From Phycisphaerae bacterium (GTDB lineage: Bacteria; Planctomycetota; Phycisphaerae; SM23-33): 64,000 bases of DNA. The stretch's first letter is position 1. Every line of letters begins with the position of its first letter. A model generated the notes under the pieces. The model was not told where the DNA came from. It was given only the letters and a program-made list of their open reading frames with translations, and made no database searches. The stretch spans positions 197,146 through 261,145 of the forward strand of contig JBDKRA010000022.1 in NCBI GenBank assembly GCA_039683615.1. Reading direction: 5' to 3'. Positions 28,246 through 36,596 of this stretch are shown piece after piece. The translations under genes were made by a program, and so were the position numbers.

Positions 28246-29375
28246 GGCGCTTTGAATTTCGCTTTGATCACGTTGGCCGAGACGTCGGAGATATCCAGTT
28301 CCGGCATGGCGTCGGCGAGTTTCTCAGCCAGCTTTTCGGCGATCAGGTCCGATTGGAGCGAGCACTCGACGACCTGATTGTGGAAGGCGGCCGTGACGTC
28401 CTTGACATTCTTGACGGTCTTGAGCTTGGCCTTGATCTGCGTGTACTGCTTGAAGGTGACGCCCTCGACGTGCAGCTGCACCTCGCCGCGTCCGGCCAGG
28501 GCGTCCTGCCAGAATTGGAGCACGTCTTCGACGACCTTGGGGGCGACGATCTGGGCCTGGGCGTCCAGGGCCTTGGCGGCGGCGCTGCGCCAAACGCGGT
28601 CGACCCCGCGCGTCGACGGACCGGGCTGGCTGGCCAAAAGCTGCCCGGTGTCGCTGCGAAAACAGCGGATGTTCGATTCAGCCTGGAACGGGAACAACTG
28701 CAGCCCGCCGACGACACTCGTGGGCCCGGGCGTGGCGTTGGCCGTGCCGCTGATGAAGATCTGTGCGCCAAATCGTTTCGCCACCGCTTGCAGGCGGGCG
28801 GGACTGTCCTCGGCGGCCGCGGCGGTCAGGTCCTTCTTGTCGATCTCCTTGAGCTGCTCCTTGTCCACCAGGACAAATCCGCTCTTGAGCAGCAGGTTCT
28901 CGATTCGCGTCTGGACGGTCGAGTCGTCCTGCACCCGCTCGCCGATGCGCTCGCGGACAAAGACCATGATCTTGGGCCGCCCCACTTGCGCCAGCAGGTT
29001 GGTCACCACGCCCCAGGTGTCCTCGATGCCTTTGATCGACACGACGGCCGATATCTTCACCTGCCACGAGCCGTCGGGCAGTTCGCCCTTGGAGAGGATC
29101 TTCTTGCTCTGCAGGAACCCGGCGCTGCGCGACAGCACGGTGTCGCGCACGAGGGCGAAGTCCTTCATCTCCGAGTGCGAGCTGATGTATTGCCCCGCGC
29201 CATGCTCGACGGCTTTGCGCATGGCGTCGGCCAGTGCTTCCTCTTCGCTGGCTCCACCGCCGGTGACGGTCACTTCCACCAGGTTGTCGCCCTTGGGCGT
29301 GACGGTCTGGGCCGGCGCCGAAGCGGTCCAGAGCAGGGCAATGCCGATCACCGCAAGAATCCGTGTGAGTCTCAT
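28242..29375 (-). CDS. Secreted three-domain LPP20-like/CsgG-like protein (paralogue B)
   Basis: Signal peptide MRLTRILAVIGIALLWTASAPAQT. LPP20-like: VTGGGASEEEALADAMRKAVEHGAGQYISS. CsgG-like: IMVFVRERIG...LLKSGFVLVDKEQL...FGAQIFISGTA. The domain order matches the 26933-28114 gene. Confidence 0.6.
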   Translation of the reverse strand: MRLTRILAVIGIALLWTASAPAQTVTPKGDNLVEVTVTGGGASEEEALADAMRKAVEHGAGQYISSHSEMKDFALVRDTVLSRSAGFLQSKKILSKGELPDGSWQVKISAVVSIKGIEDTWGVVTNLLAQVGRPKIMVFVRERIGERVQDDSTVQTRIENLLLKSGFVLVDKEQLKEIDKKDLTAAAAEDSPARLQAVAKRFGAQIFISGTANATPGPTSVVGGLQLFPFQAESNIRCFRSDTGQLLASQPGPSTRGVDRVWRSAAAKALDAQAQIVAPKVVEDVLQFWQDALAGRGEVQLHVEGVTFKQYTQIKAKLKTVKNVKDVTAAFHNQVVECSLQSDLIAEKLAEKLADAMPELDISDVSANVIKAKFKAP

Positions 29376-29418
29376 ATCCGTGCCTCAGAGTACGAATGTC
29401 TTACCAAGGGCGTATGTT

Positions 29419-29829
29419 CTATCGCAGTTCCATGGTCCGGCGGACGGGCTCGGATACGTCGACGTTCTTCTCGGATTCGGTATGCACGTCGTTTTTGCCG
29501 TAAGGTCCGGCCAGCTTGCCGTCCTTGGTAATGTGGAACCAGAGCTTGGACGGGGTATCGTCGGTGACCGGGAAGCTCAGGTCCGAACCGGTGCCGGCCG
29601 CAATGCGGCACTGGGCGGGCATGTCGGAGGTCTTGACCGCCAACGTCATGCTCTGCCGCCCTTCGGCGCCGACGGTGCCCATAGTCATTGTTTCATCGGG
29701 GGTGCTGAGCCTGACCGTACGGGCCAGGTCGCTGTGGTTCATCACGGTGACCAGGACTTTCTTCTCGCATCCGGCCGCAACAGCCGCGCACGCCACCAAC
29801 GCCACAAGCAGTAATCTCGTCGATTTCAT
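29419..29829 (-). CDS. Small lipoprotein of unknown function
   Basis: The start is at MKSTRLLLVALVACAAVAAGC, which carries a lipobox. The mature protein is about 115 aa with no recognisable motif. Confidence 0.5.
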   Translation of the reverse strand: MKSTRLLLVALVACAAVAAGCEKKVLVTVMNHSDLARTVRLSTPDETMTMGTVGAEGRQSMTLAVKTSDMPAQCRIAAGTGSDLSFPVTDDTPSKLWFHITKDGKLAGPYGKNDVHTESEKNVDVSEPVRRTMELR

Positions 29830-29863
29830 TTCAGGTCTCCTTCGCGCCACGATTGCCGGGCGA

Positions 29864-31216
29864 TTAATTCAGCTTGAGAGAAAGCTTTTCCTTGTAGTAC
29901 AGCACCATGTTCCACAGCGGGGCCATCTCGACCTCGACGATGACCGAGGCGGTCCCGTCGGGGGCGATTTTTTCCGAGCCATTGACTCGCCGCGAGCCCT
30001 GCATGAACGTCAGCATGCTCGTGCGGATCTGGTCGTCCATGGCCACAAAATCCTTCACCGACGTCTGGCTGGAGACCACCAGCCCGTCGAGCTGCTCGGC
30101 CAGCTTGCGCTTGGCGTCGAGCTCGGCGGCGCGCAGGGCCATCAGCTTGGCCTGCGCGGCGTTGCTGTTTTCGGTGTCGATGGCGGCCTGGCCGGTAGCC
30201 TGGACGGTCGGCGGCCAGTTGGACATGGCCTTGCCGACCGCGGCGACGGCGACGTCATCGCCCTTGAGATAGTCGTCCGGCGGCACGCCCATGCCGGTCT
30301 CGCGGATGTCCTTGTCCTCGATGCGGGCGCTGATTCGCTCGATGTCTTCGCTGGCGATGCGGTTGCCCTTGTAGTATTCCTTGTGCCACCGCTGGAGAGT
30401 GACGATCAGATCCCGCACCGTGACTTCCTTGTCGACTTCCACGATCAGTTCCCCGTCGTGATATCGCACGCCAACCTCGCGGGCGCCACGGATGAAGGTT
30501 TGCATCTGGGTGTTGATCGTGTCGTTGGTGGCCACAAAATCCTTCACCGTGGTTTCCGAATTGATCAGGATGCCGTTGATGCGCTCGCCGAGCCTGCGCA
30601 TGGAATCGACTTCCGCGGCGCGCTTGGCCATCAGGCGCCCGCGGGCGGTGCAGTGGGCCATCCAATACGCCCAGGCCTTCCTGGACATGATGCCTTCGCC
30701 GCCGGCGGTGGGAGCGACGGTCTCGCCCCGGTCGGCGAACTCCGGGCGCGGCACGCCCGAGCCGGTCTCGCGCAGGGTGCTTTCCTTGGTGTTGGCGGAG
30801 ATCTTTTCGATGTCCGCGTAGGCGATCTTATTGCCCTTGTAATACTCCTTGTGCAGGCGCTGGAGCTGGACGACGAGCTCCTTGACCGTCACTTCGAGGG
30901 TGACCTGGCAGGCGCCGTCGGGGGTAAACGTCGGTTCGCCCACTTCCTTCATGCCGCTCAGCCACGAGGTCATTGCGGACTGGATCCGGTCGCTGGTGGC
31001 CACGAAATCCTTGACCGTCGTCTCGGAGGTGATGACCAGGCCGTTGATGCGTTCAGCGAGTCTTCGCATGGCGTCGACGCGGGCGGCCCGCATCGCCAGC
31101 AACTTGTTCTGGGCGGCCTGCTTTTCCGACAGCGCGTCGGCCCTTGCTTCGGCGCCCAGCGCCGACAGCACGCCCACTACCAGCATCCAGGTCAGGATTT
31201 TCCATTTGTCGCTCAT
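29864..31216 (-). CDS. Secreted protein with three tandem LPP20-like (FlgP/Lpp20 family) domains
   Basis: The start is at MSDKWKILTWMLVVGVLSALGAEARA (ATG 31216). Three repeats of about 125 aa each carry AKLLAMRAARVDAMRRLAERINGLVITSETTVKDFV, AKRAAEVDSMRRLGERINGILINSETTVKDFV, and AKLMALRAAELDAKRKLAEQLDGLVVSSQTSVKDFV. Confidence 0.7.
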   Translation of the reverse strand: MSDKWKILTWMLVVGVLSALGAEARADALSEKQAAQNKLLAMRAARVDAMRRLAERINGLVITSETTVKDFVATSDRIQSAMTSWLSGMKEVGEPTFTPDGACQVTLEVTVKELVVQLQRLHKEYYKGNKIAYADIEKISANTKESTLRETGSGVPRPEFADRGETVAPTAGGEGIMSRKAWAYWMAHCTARGRLMAKRAAEVDSMRRLGERINGILINSETTVKDFVATNDTINTQMQTFIRGAREVGVRYHDGELIVEVDKEVTVRDLIVTLQRWHKEYYKGNRIASEDIERISARIEDKDIRETGMGVPPDDYLKGDDVAVAAVGKAMSNWPPTVQATGQAAIDTENSNAAQAKLMALRAAELDAKRKLAEQLDGLVVSSQTSVKDFVAMDDQIRTSMLTFMQGSRRVNGSEKIAPDGTASVIVEVEMAPLWNMVLYYKEKLSLKLN

Positions 31217-31329
31217 CGCTCTCTCCTCTAGGTCCGCCGCGCGTCCGGCAGGGGCGGCGGTTCCTGCTGTTGCGGGCCATTCCCGCACGTGTGTCGACTG
31301 TACGATTCGCCATCGCCCGCGGCGATGGG

Positions 31330-32352
31330 TTATTTCGGCCGCGTCTCCTCGATCCTGAACGCATGGGTCATGACCGGCTCGGGACCCGAATAGAACTTGG
31401 CGATATACTCGCCCGCCCCGCCGCCCTTGGCGGCGATCTCCCTGGGGCTGAACCCGTACCCGAACGACCCGAACTTGCTGGACCAGAGAAGGTCGTGCGT
31501 CGCCAGGTCCACGCGCTCGCCGCTGCGGACGATCGTGAGGCGAAAGCGGTTGTTGTTGCACACCCCCGGCAGCTTGACGACCACGAACATCTTGTCGTCC
31601 TGCGTGCTGAAGCGGTCGGCGTATTCCCACTTGTTGTCGTACAGCGCCGCGGCCGTGCGGCAGTCCTCATTGGGGTTGACCTTGATCTGGCATTGCGTGA
31701 CGGCGAATTCGGCCACCATCTGCCCCACCACGCCGTCGACGGCGTTGGCCAGGCAGCCGTGGGCGTCGCGCGGCGGCGGCGAGCCCTGCGCCCAGCTGGT
31801 GGCCTTGAGCTGCTGGGGCGTGGCATGAATCGGCCGACCGTCCGCCACGCGGATGAGCGTGGCGGTCACGGCAACATTGGCCTCGTTGCGCGTCAGGACG
31901 TACTTGCGATAGCCCGAGACGTAGCTGTTGCCGTTGCCGTCGTAGCTGTAGATCGGGTCGCTCTTGGGCTCGTTGCGCGTGGTAGCCGCATAGGTCACAA
32001 GATTGCCCACGAGGATCGCCTGCACCTTGCCAAGCTTGCTGAACTGCGACGCCGCCGCGGCCGCATCGCCGCCGAAGGCCAATTGCAGGTCCTTCTCATT
32101 CATCAGGGCCGCCAGGTCGTTGCGGTTGTAGACCGCGTAGGTTCCGTTGGCGGCCATGGCCCCGGCCAGGGCGTCGGAGATCGCCAGCGAGGCGGCAGAG
32201 TTATTGCCGCGGAAGGGGACGACGGCCACGCTCTTGAGCGACGGATCGTAGAACGCGGGGTATCGCGTGATGGTGATGGTCTTGGTGCATCCGCCGCAGA
32301 GAGCGGCCAGGACCGCGGCGGTCACACACAGAAGAAAGAAACTCTGGCGCAT
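31330..32352 (-). CDS. Lipoprotein with an N-terminal CsgG-like domain and an uncharacterised C-terminal domain of about 190 aa
   Basis: Lipobox LAALCGGC. CsgG-like: SVAVVPFRGNNSAASLAISDALAGAMAANGTYAVYNRNDLAALMNEKDL...GKVQAILVGNL. Confidence 0.55.
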   Translation of the reverse strand: MRQSFFLLCVTAAVLAALCGGCTKTITITRYPAFYDPSLKSVAVVPFRGNNSAASLAISDALAGAMAANGTYAVYNRNDLAALMNEKDLQLAFGGDAAAAASQFSKLGKVQAILVGNLVTYAATTRNEPKSDPIYSYDGNGNSYVSGYRKYVLTRNEANVAVTATLIRVADGRPIHATPQQLKATSWAQGSPPPRDAHGCLANAVDGVVGQMVAEFAVTQCQIKVNPNEDCRTAAALYDNKWEYADRFSTQDDKMFVVVKLPGVCNNNRFRLTIVRSGERVDLATHDLLWSSKFGSFGYGFSPREIAAKGGGAGEYIAKFYSGPEPVMTHAFRIEETRPK

Positions 32353-32459
32353 CGATGCAACTCCTGGATCATATGCCTCGCGGAACGAATTGCGGGCTGA
32401 TAAGGAGGCGCCGCGGCGAAGAAGATCGCCGCAGCGGCCTCGGATATAACCGGACCGAA

Positions 32460-33089
32460 CTAATTCTTCGCCTCAGGCGCCTTCGGGGCCGACTGTCGCT
32501 GCGAGAAATACTCGCGCCACGGGCCCAGAGCCTCGCGGGCGGCCTTCTGAGCGGCGCGGGCAAAACCGGCGCCGTCGCTGCCGTTGCCCGTGCGGGTGTA
32601 GATAATCTGCCCGTCGCTGACGCGCACGGCCCGCACGCCCAGGCCGACCTTGTAGCTCGTGATAGTCGTGCCGCCGCCGAAGTACGGAACCGAAATGTTG
32701 GTCGGGTTGGCTGATTTCTCGTACTGGCTCACCTCGCCGACAATCACGATGTCGACCCCGGCGATCTTGCCGACCTCGGCGGCGCGGCCGCTGTTGCTGT
32801 ACAGGTCCTTGAGATCCTTCTCCTGCACGAGCTTGTCCAGTTGTGCCCGCTCCACGAGCTTGATGCCCGGCGAGAGCACCATCTCAGTGACCGGACCGAC
32901 CACCGTGCCTCCCGAGCCCGGCTGGCCGGAGGCGTCAGATAACGGAACCACCGCCACGCTCGAAACCTTCGACAAGGCCGCCTGCTCGTCGGCCGTCACC
33001 GCCAGTTCCTTCGCCTTCTCCTCGCATCCGATGGCCAAGAACAGGTTTGTCGTCACAATAACCGCCGTCAGGCTGATTCTCTTGAGCAT
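32460..33089 (-). CDS. CsgG-family lipoprotein (curli-channel-like fold)
   Basis: Lipobox LFLAIGC. SVAVVPLSDASGQ...GPVTEMVLSPGIKLVERAQLDKLVQEKDL...VGKIAGVDIVIVGEV matches the CsgG/LpoB/TolB-N-like pattern. The length is 209 aa. Confidence 0.6.
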   Translation of the reverse strand: MLKRISLTAVIVTTNLFLAIGCEEKAKELAVTADEQAALSKVSSVAVVPLSDASGQPGSGGTVVGPVTEMVLSPGIKLVERAQLDKLVQEKDLKDLYSNSGRAAEVGKIAGVDIVIVGEVSQYEKSANPTNISVPYFGGGTTITSYKVGLGVRAVRVSDGQIIYTRTGNGSDGAGFARAAQKAAREALGPWREYFSQRQSAPKAPEAKN

Positions 33090-33397
33090 GACGAGTTCCT
33101 TTCGTTAGGCAGCCCAATCGCGGGCTGATAGACAGACCAAGCCTCGCCCAATGCAATTGAGTTCAAGTTCAATGTGACCGCACGACCCTGGAAATGTACT
33201 TCCGGCTGACAACATGAAGCTCTTCCTTAAGCAACGTTGCACAGCAACATATGCACCTTATGCCCACACCATATTGCGATCCGAGGGAAAGTCAAGATGT
33301 CAATTGCAAAAAACTGCTGCCGGTCGAGCAAACTCGACCGCTGACAAAACAAGATTCGTTGTCACCTTCATTTGAACCATGCCCAAACAACGAATCA

Positions 33398-35131
33398 TTA
33401 TGGCTTCTCTTGGACCAGCGCGGCCTGCATGTGCCGGTATTCCTCGAGCAGGAAATCGCCTCGGCGATGGCCGGTGATGTGCGACCAAGGCAAGACGGCG
33501 TCGGTCGGAATTTCGCGATGCGCGATCGCGGCGATGTCGATGCCGGTCTCGGCGAAGGCCTCCTGCCACTTGGCCCAGTCCCAATGCTCCGACCAGGAAT
33601 CCATCCGTGCTCCGCGGCGCCAGGCGGCCTCGATCGCGGCGCCAACCTCGCGCCCGCCGCGGCAGATCACTGCTTCCAGGATGCTCTGCTCGATGCGGTG
33701 GAACTTGAACGTCACGGGGCTGCGTCGCGACAGGTCCAGCAGGCGCTGTCGCACGGCGAAGAAGTACTCGGCCGTCTGCATCGCGCACCATTGCATGGGG
33801 GTGTGAGGCTTGGGCACAAACCAGGAGACGCCGGCGTTGACGGTGCCGCTCTTGCCGTCGACCTCGCGCCGCGTGTGGCAGAGCTTCAGGCACAGGTCGA
33901 AGATCGCGTCAATGTCGGCGGGCGTCTCGCCGGGCAGGCCGGCCATGAAGTACACCTTCACGCTGCGCCATCCGGCGGCGTAGGCGGCCTGGACGCCGGC
34001 GAGCATGTTCTCGTCGGTGATATCCTTGCGGATGGCGCGGCGGAGGCGCTGGCTGGCGGCCTCGGCGGCGATGGTCAGGCCGCCCTTGCGGACAGAACTG
34101 GTCAGCTTGGGAAGCTGCGCCAGTTGGCTGTCGGCTCGAAGGCTCGGCAGCGAGATCGACACGTGCTGGGGCGCGAACTCGGCATTGAGACGCTCGATCA
34201 GCTCGTCGAGCTTGGGATAGTCGCTGGTCGAGAGGCTCAGCAGCGAGATTTCGCGGTAGCCCGTGGCGGCCAGGGCCTCGCGGGCGGCATCGACAATTTC
34301 ATCCACGCTGCGGCAGCGCACGGGCAGGCGGGTGGCGCCGGCCTGGCAGAAGCGGCAGCCGTTCGGGCAGCCTCGCATGATCTCTATGACGACGCGTTCG
34401 TGCACGCCCTCGGCCAGGGGCACCAGCGGGCACTTGATAGTCGGGCAAGCGTGCAGGTCTGCCAGATGGGACCGCACCACCGGCCCGGCGGCGCCTTTGT
34501 AGAAGCGCGGGGCATAGGCGGCCTTGATGGCGTGCTGGGCGGCGGCAATGATCTCGTCTCGCGAGGCGCCGGCCGGCTTGAGCTTGGCGACAAGTTCGGC
34601 CAGCTCTCGCAGGGGCTCTTCTCCGTCGCCGACGAGGAAGAGGTCGAAGAAATCCGCCACAGGCTCGGGGCTGTCGGCCAGGGCGTCGCCGCCGACGACG
34701 ATCGGGTCGCCCGGACGGCGCTCGCTTGCATGCAGCGGGATCCCCGCCAGGTCGAGCATCGTCAGGACGTTGGTGACGCAGAGCTCGTACGCCAGGGAGA
34801 AGCCCAGGATGTCGAAGTCGGCCAGTGCGCAGCGGCTTTCCCAGCCAAACAGCGGGACGCCCTGCTCGCGCATGACGGTTTCGGCGTCGACCTGCGGGCA
34901 GTACGCTCGGTCGCACGCGACGGCGGGCATGTCGTTGAGCATCTGGTAGAGCACCTGGCTGCCCAGGTGCGAGATGCCCACGCCGTAGGCGTCGGGGAAG
35001 GCCATCGCGACGCTGACGGCCGCGGCGGCGGGGTCTTTGCGGCGGGCGTTGATCTCCAGGCCGATGTACTGGGCCGGGGCGCTGACCCGCGGCAGCAGGC
35101 GGGTGCGGATGTCGTGTTCGAGATTCCTCAT
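33398..35131 (-). CDS. B12-binding-domain radical SAM protein (TIGR03960-like family)
   Basis: The CxxxCxxC motif is CPNGCRFCQAG, and the N-terminal B12-binding-like region is GFSLAYELCVTNVLTMLD. The length is 577 aa. Confidence 0.7.
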   Translation of the reverse strand: MRNLEHDIRTRLLPRVSAPAQYIGLEINARRKDPAAAAVSVAMAFPDAYGVGISHLGSQVLYQMLNDMPAVACDRAYCPQVDAETVMREQGVPLFGWESRCALADFDILGFSLAYELCVTNVLTMLDLAGIPLHASERRPGDPIVVGGDALADSPEPVADFFDLFLVGDGEEPLRELAELVAKLKPAGASRDEIIAAAQHAIKAAYAPRFYKGAAGPVVRSHLADLHACPTIKCPLVPLAEGVHERVVIEIMRGCPNGCRFCQAGATRLPVRCRSVDEIVDAAREALAATGYREISLLSLSTSDYPKLDELIERLNAEFAPQHVSISLPSLRADSQLAQLPKLTSSVRKGGLTIAAEAASQRLRRAIRKDITDENMLAGVQAAYAAGWRSVKVYFMAGLPGETPADIDAIFDLCLKLCHTRREVDGKSGTVNAGVSWFVPKPHTPMQWCAMQTAEYFFAVRQRLLDLSRRSPVTFKFHRIEQSILEAVICRGGREVGAAIEAAWRRGARMDSWSEHWDWAKWQEAFAETGIDIAAIAHREIPTDAVLPWSHITGHRRGDFLLEEYRHMQAALVQEKP

Positions 35132-35160
35132 TGAGTGAGACCCATCGGTTGCAGGGAAAG

Positions 35161-35310
35161 TCGCGGCGGAGGCACCAGGTGTTCTTCAAAGCCGTTTCGC
35201 CGGCTTTGATGAATACTTGGCCTTGATATCGTACCGGCACGAAACGAAAAAGTAATTCAAACAACGAATTACTTTTTCATTCCGTGCCTCCGCCGCGACT
35301 TTTCCCTGGA
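35161..35310. promoter_or_regulatory. Nested palindrome with a 16-bp perfect outer stem and two inner hairpins, in a divergent leader region
   Basis: Outer stem: gtcgcggcggaggcac ... gtgcctccgccgcgac. Inner stems: cgtttcgccggc/ccggcacgaaacg, and an AT-rich perfect stem gaaaaagtaattc-aaacaac-gaattactttttc. Confidence 0.4.
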
Positions 35311-35351
35311 ACTGAAGGCTACCGCCCAATTCGCTATGACTATCATATGGT

Positions 35352-35546
35352 ATGGCCAAGAACAAAGGCACAAGCACGCCGTGGGTTCTATTCTTCATCG
35401 CGCTGCTGCTGTTGATCGGATGGTTTCTCGTGAAGGGGATTTTTCTGGCCCTGAAGGTCGTCTGGGCGATTATTATCATCATCCTGGTCATTGCCGCGGT
35501 CTGGCGTTTCAAGGCGGGCAAGAGCAAGGACGATTGGCGGACATGA
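35352..35546 (+). CDS. Small 2-TM membrane protein, 64 aa
   Basis: Two hydrophobic helices flanked by K/R residues. Its stop overlaps the yjbQ start as ATGA, which suggests translational coupling. Confidence 0.45.
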   Translation: MAKNKGTSTPWVLFFIALLLLIGWFLVKGIFLALKVVWAIIIIILVIAAVWRFKAGKSKDDWRT

Positions 35547-35956
35547 AGTCGCACACGCAATACCTCACGATGAACACGCGCAAGCATCGCGAGTACGTGC
35601 TGATTACCGAGCAGGTCGAGCGGGCCGTTTCCGAAAGTGGGATCGCCGAAGGCATGGTGCTGGTCTCGGCGATGCACATTACGGCCGGGGTGTTCGTCAA
35701 CGACGCCGAGAGCGGCCTGCTGGGCGATATCGACGAGTGGCTGGAGGGCTTGGCGCCGTATAGAGAGGATTATCGCCACCATCGCACCGGCGAAAGCAAC
35801 GGCGACGCCCACCTGAAGAATCTGCTGGTGCATCACCAGGTAGTGCTGCCGATTACCAAGGGGCGGCTGGACTTGGGACCTTGGCAGCAGGTATACTATG
35901 CCGAGTTCGACGGGCAGCGAGCCAAGAGACTGATCATTAAAGCGATCGGAGAGTAA
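35543..35956 (+). CDS. yjbQ: YjbQ/UPF0047-family protein (secondary thiamine-phosphate synthase-like)
   Basis: Family motifs [18 protein letters not shown]...[17 protein letters not shown]...[14 protein letters not shown]. The start is at MKSHTQ (ATG 35543). Confidence 0.75.
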   Translation: MKSHTQYLTMNTRKHREYVLITEQVERAVSESGIAEGMVLVSAMHITAGVFVNDAESGLLGDIDEWLEGLAPYREDYRHHRTGESNGDAHLKNLLVHHQVVLPITKGRLDLGPWQQVYYAEFDGQRAKRLIIKAIGE

Positions 35957-35959
35957 GCG

Positions 35960-36499
35960 ATGCCGATCAAATTCCGTTGCGAGCACTGCGGCAAATCGAT
36001 CCAGGCCCCCGACACCGCCGGCGGCAAGCGTGGCAAATGCCCCTATTGCAAGCAGGGAAACTACATCCCCGCGCCGGTCACCGAGGCCGACCTGCTCGAC
36101 GTCAGCGAAGACGCCGATCTCGAACAGGCCCGCCAGCGAGAGCGCCAGGCTCTGATCGACCAGGAACGCCAACTGCTGGCCGAGGTCGGCTCGGCCGCCT
36201 CCGTCCCCTTCGAGCAGCGCGACGACCTGACGCCCGAGGACCTGTACCCCTTCGTGGTCAGCTACTGCCTGGGCATCTTCAACGGCTCGCTCGATCAGTC
36301 GCAGGAACAGATCGACAAGCTCAAGAAGCACCAGAGCATGGGCCAGTCGGCGGTCGATGACTTCCTGGCCGACAAGACCTCCGACGAGTCCCTCACGTGC
36401 ATTCCCGGACCTGTCCTCAAAGGCCTGCTGCGCGACCTCAAGGGCAAACTCGCCGTCGGCGGACCTGCCGGCAAGGGCAAAGCAAAAGGCAAAGCCTGA
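35960..36499 (+). CDS. Zinc-ribbon-domain protein, function unknown
   Basis: CEHCGK...CPYCK is followed by an acidic or coiled region and a Lys/Gly-rich tail. Confidence 0.55.
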   Translation: MPIKFRCEHCGKSIQAPDTAGGKRGKCPYCKQGNYIPAPVTEADLLDVSEDADLEQARQRERQALIDQERQLLAEVGSAASVPFEQRDDLTPEDLYPFVVSYCLGIFNGSLDQSQEQIDKLKKHQSMGQSAVDDFLADKTSDESLTCIPGPVLKGLLRDLKGKLAVGGPAGKGKAKGKA

Positions 36500-36596
36500 A
36501 GCAGCTTTCAGCTATCAGCTGTCAGTGTAAGCAAGAACCTCGCACTCATCGTACCTGCTCTTGCTGATAGCTGACAGCCGATAGCGTCTCTGGTGA

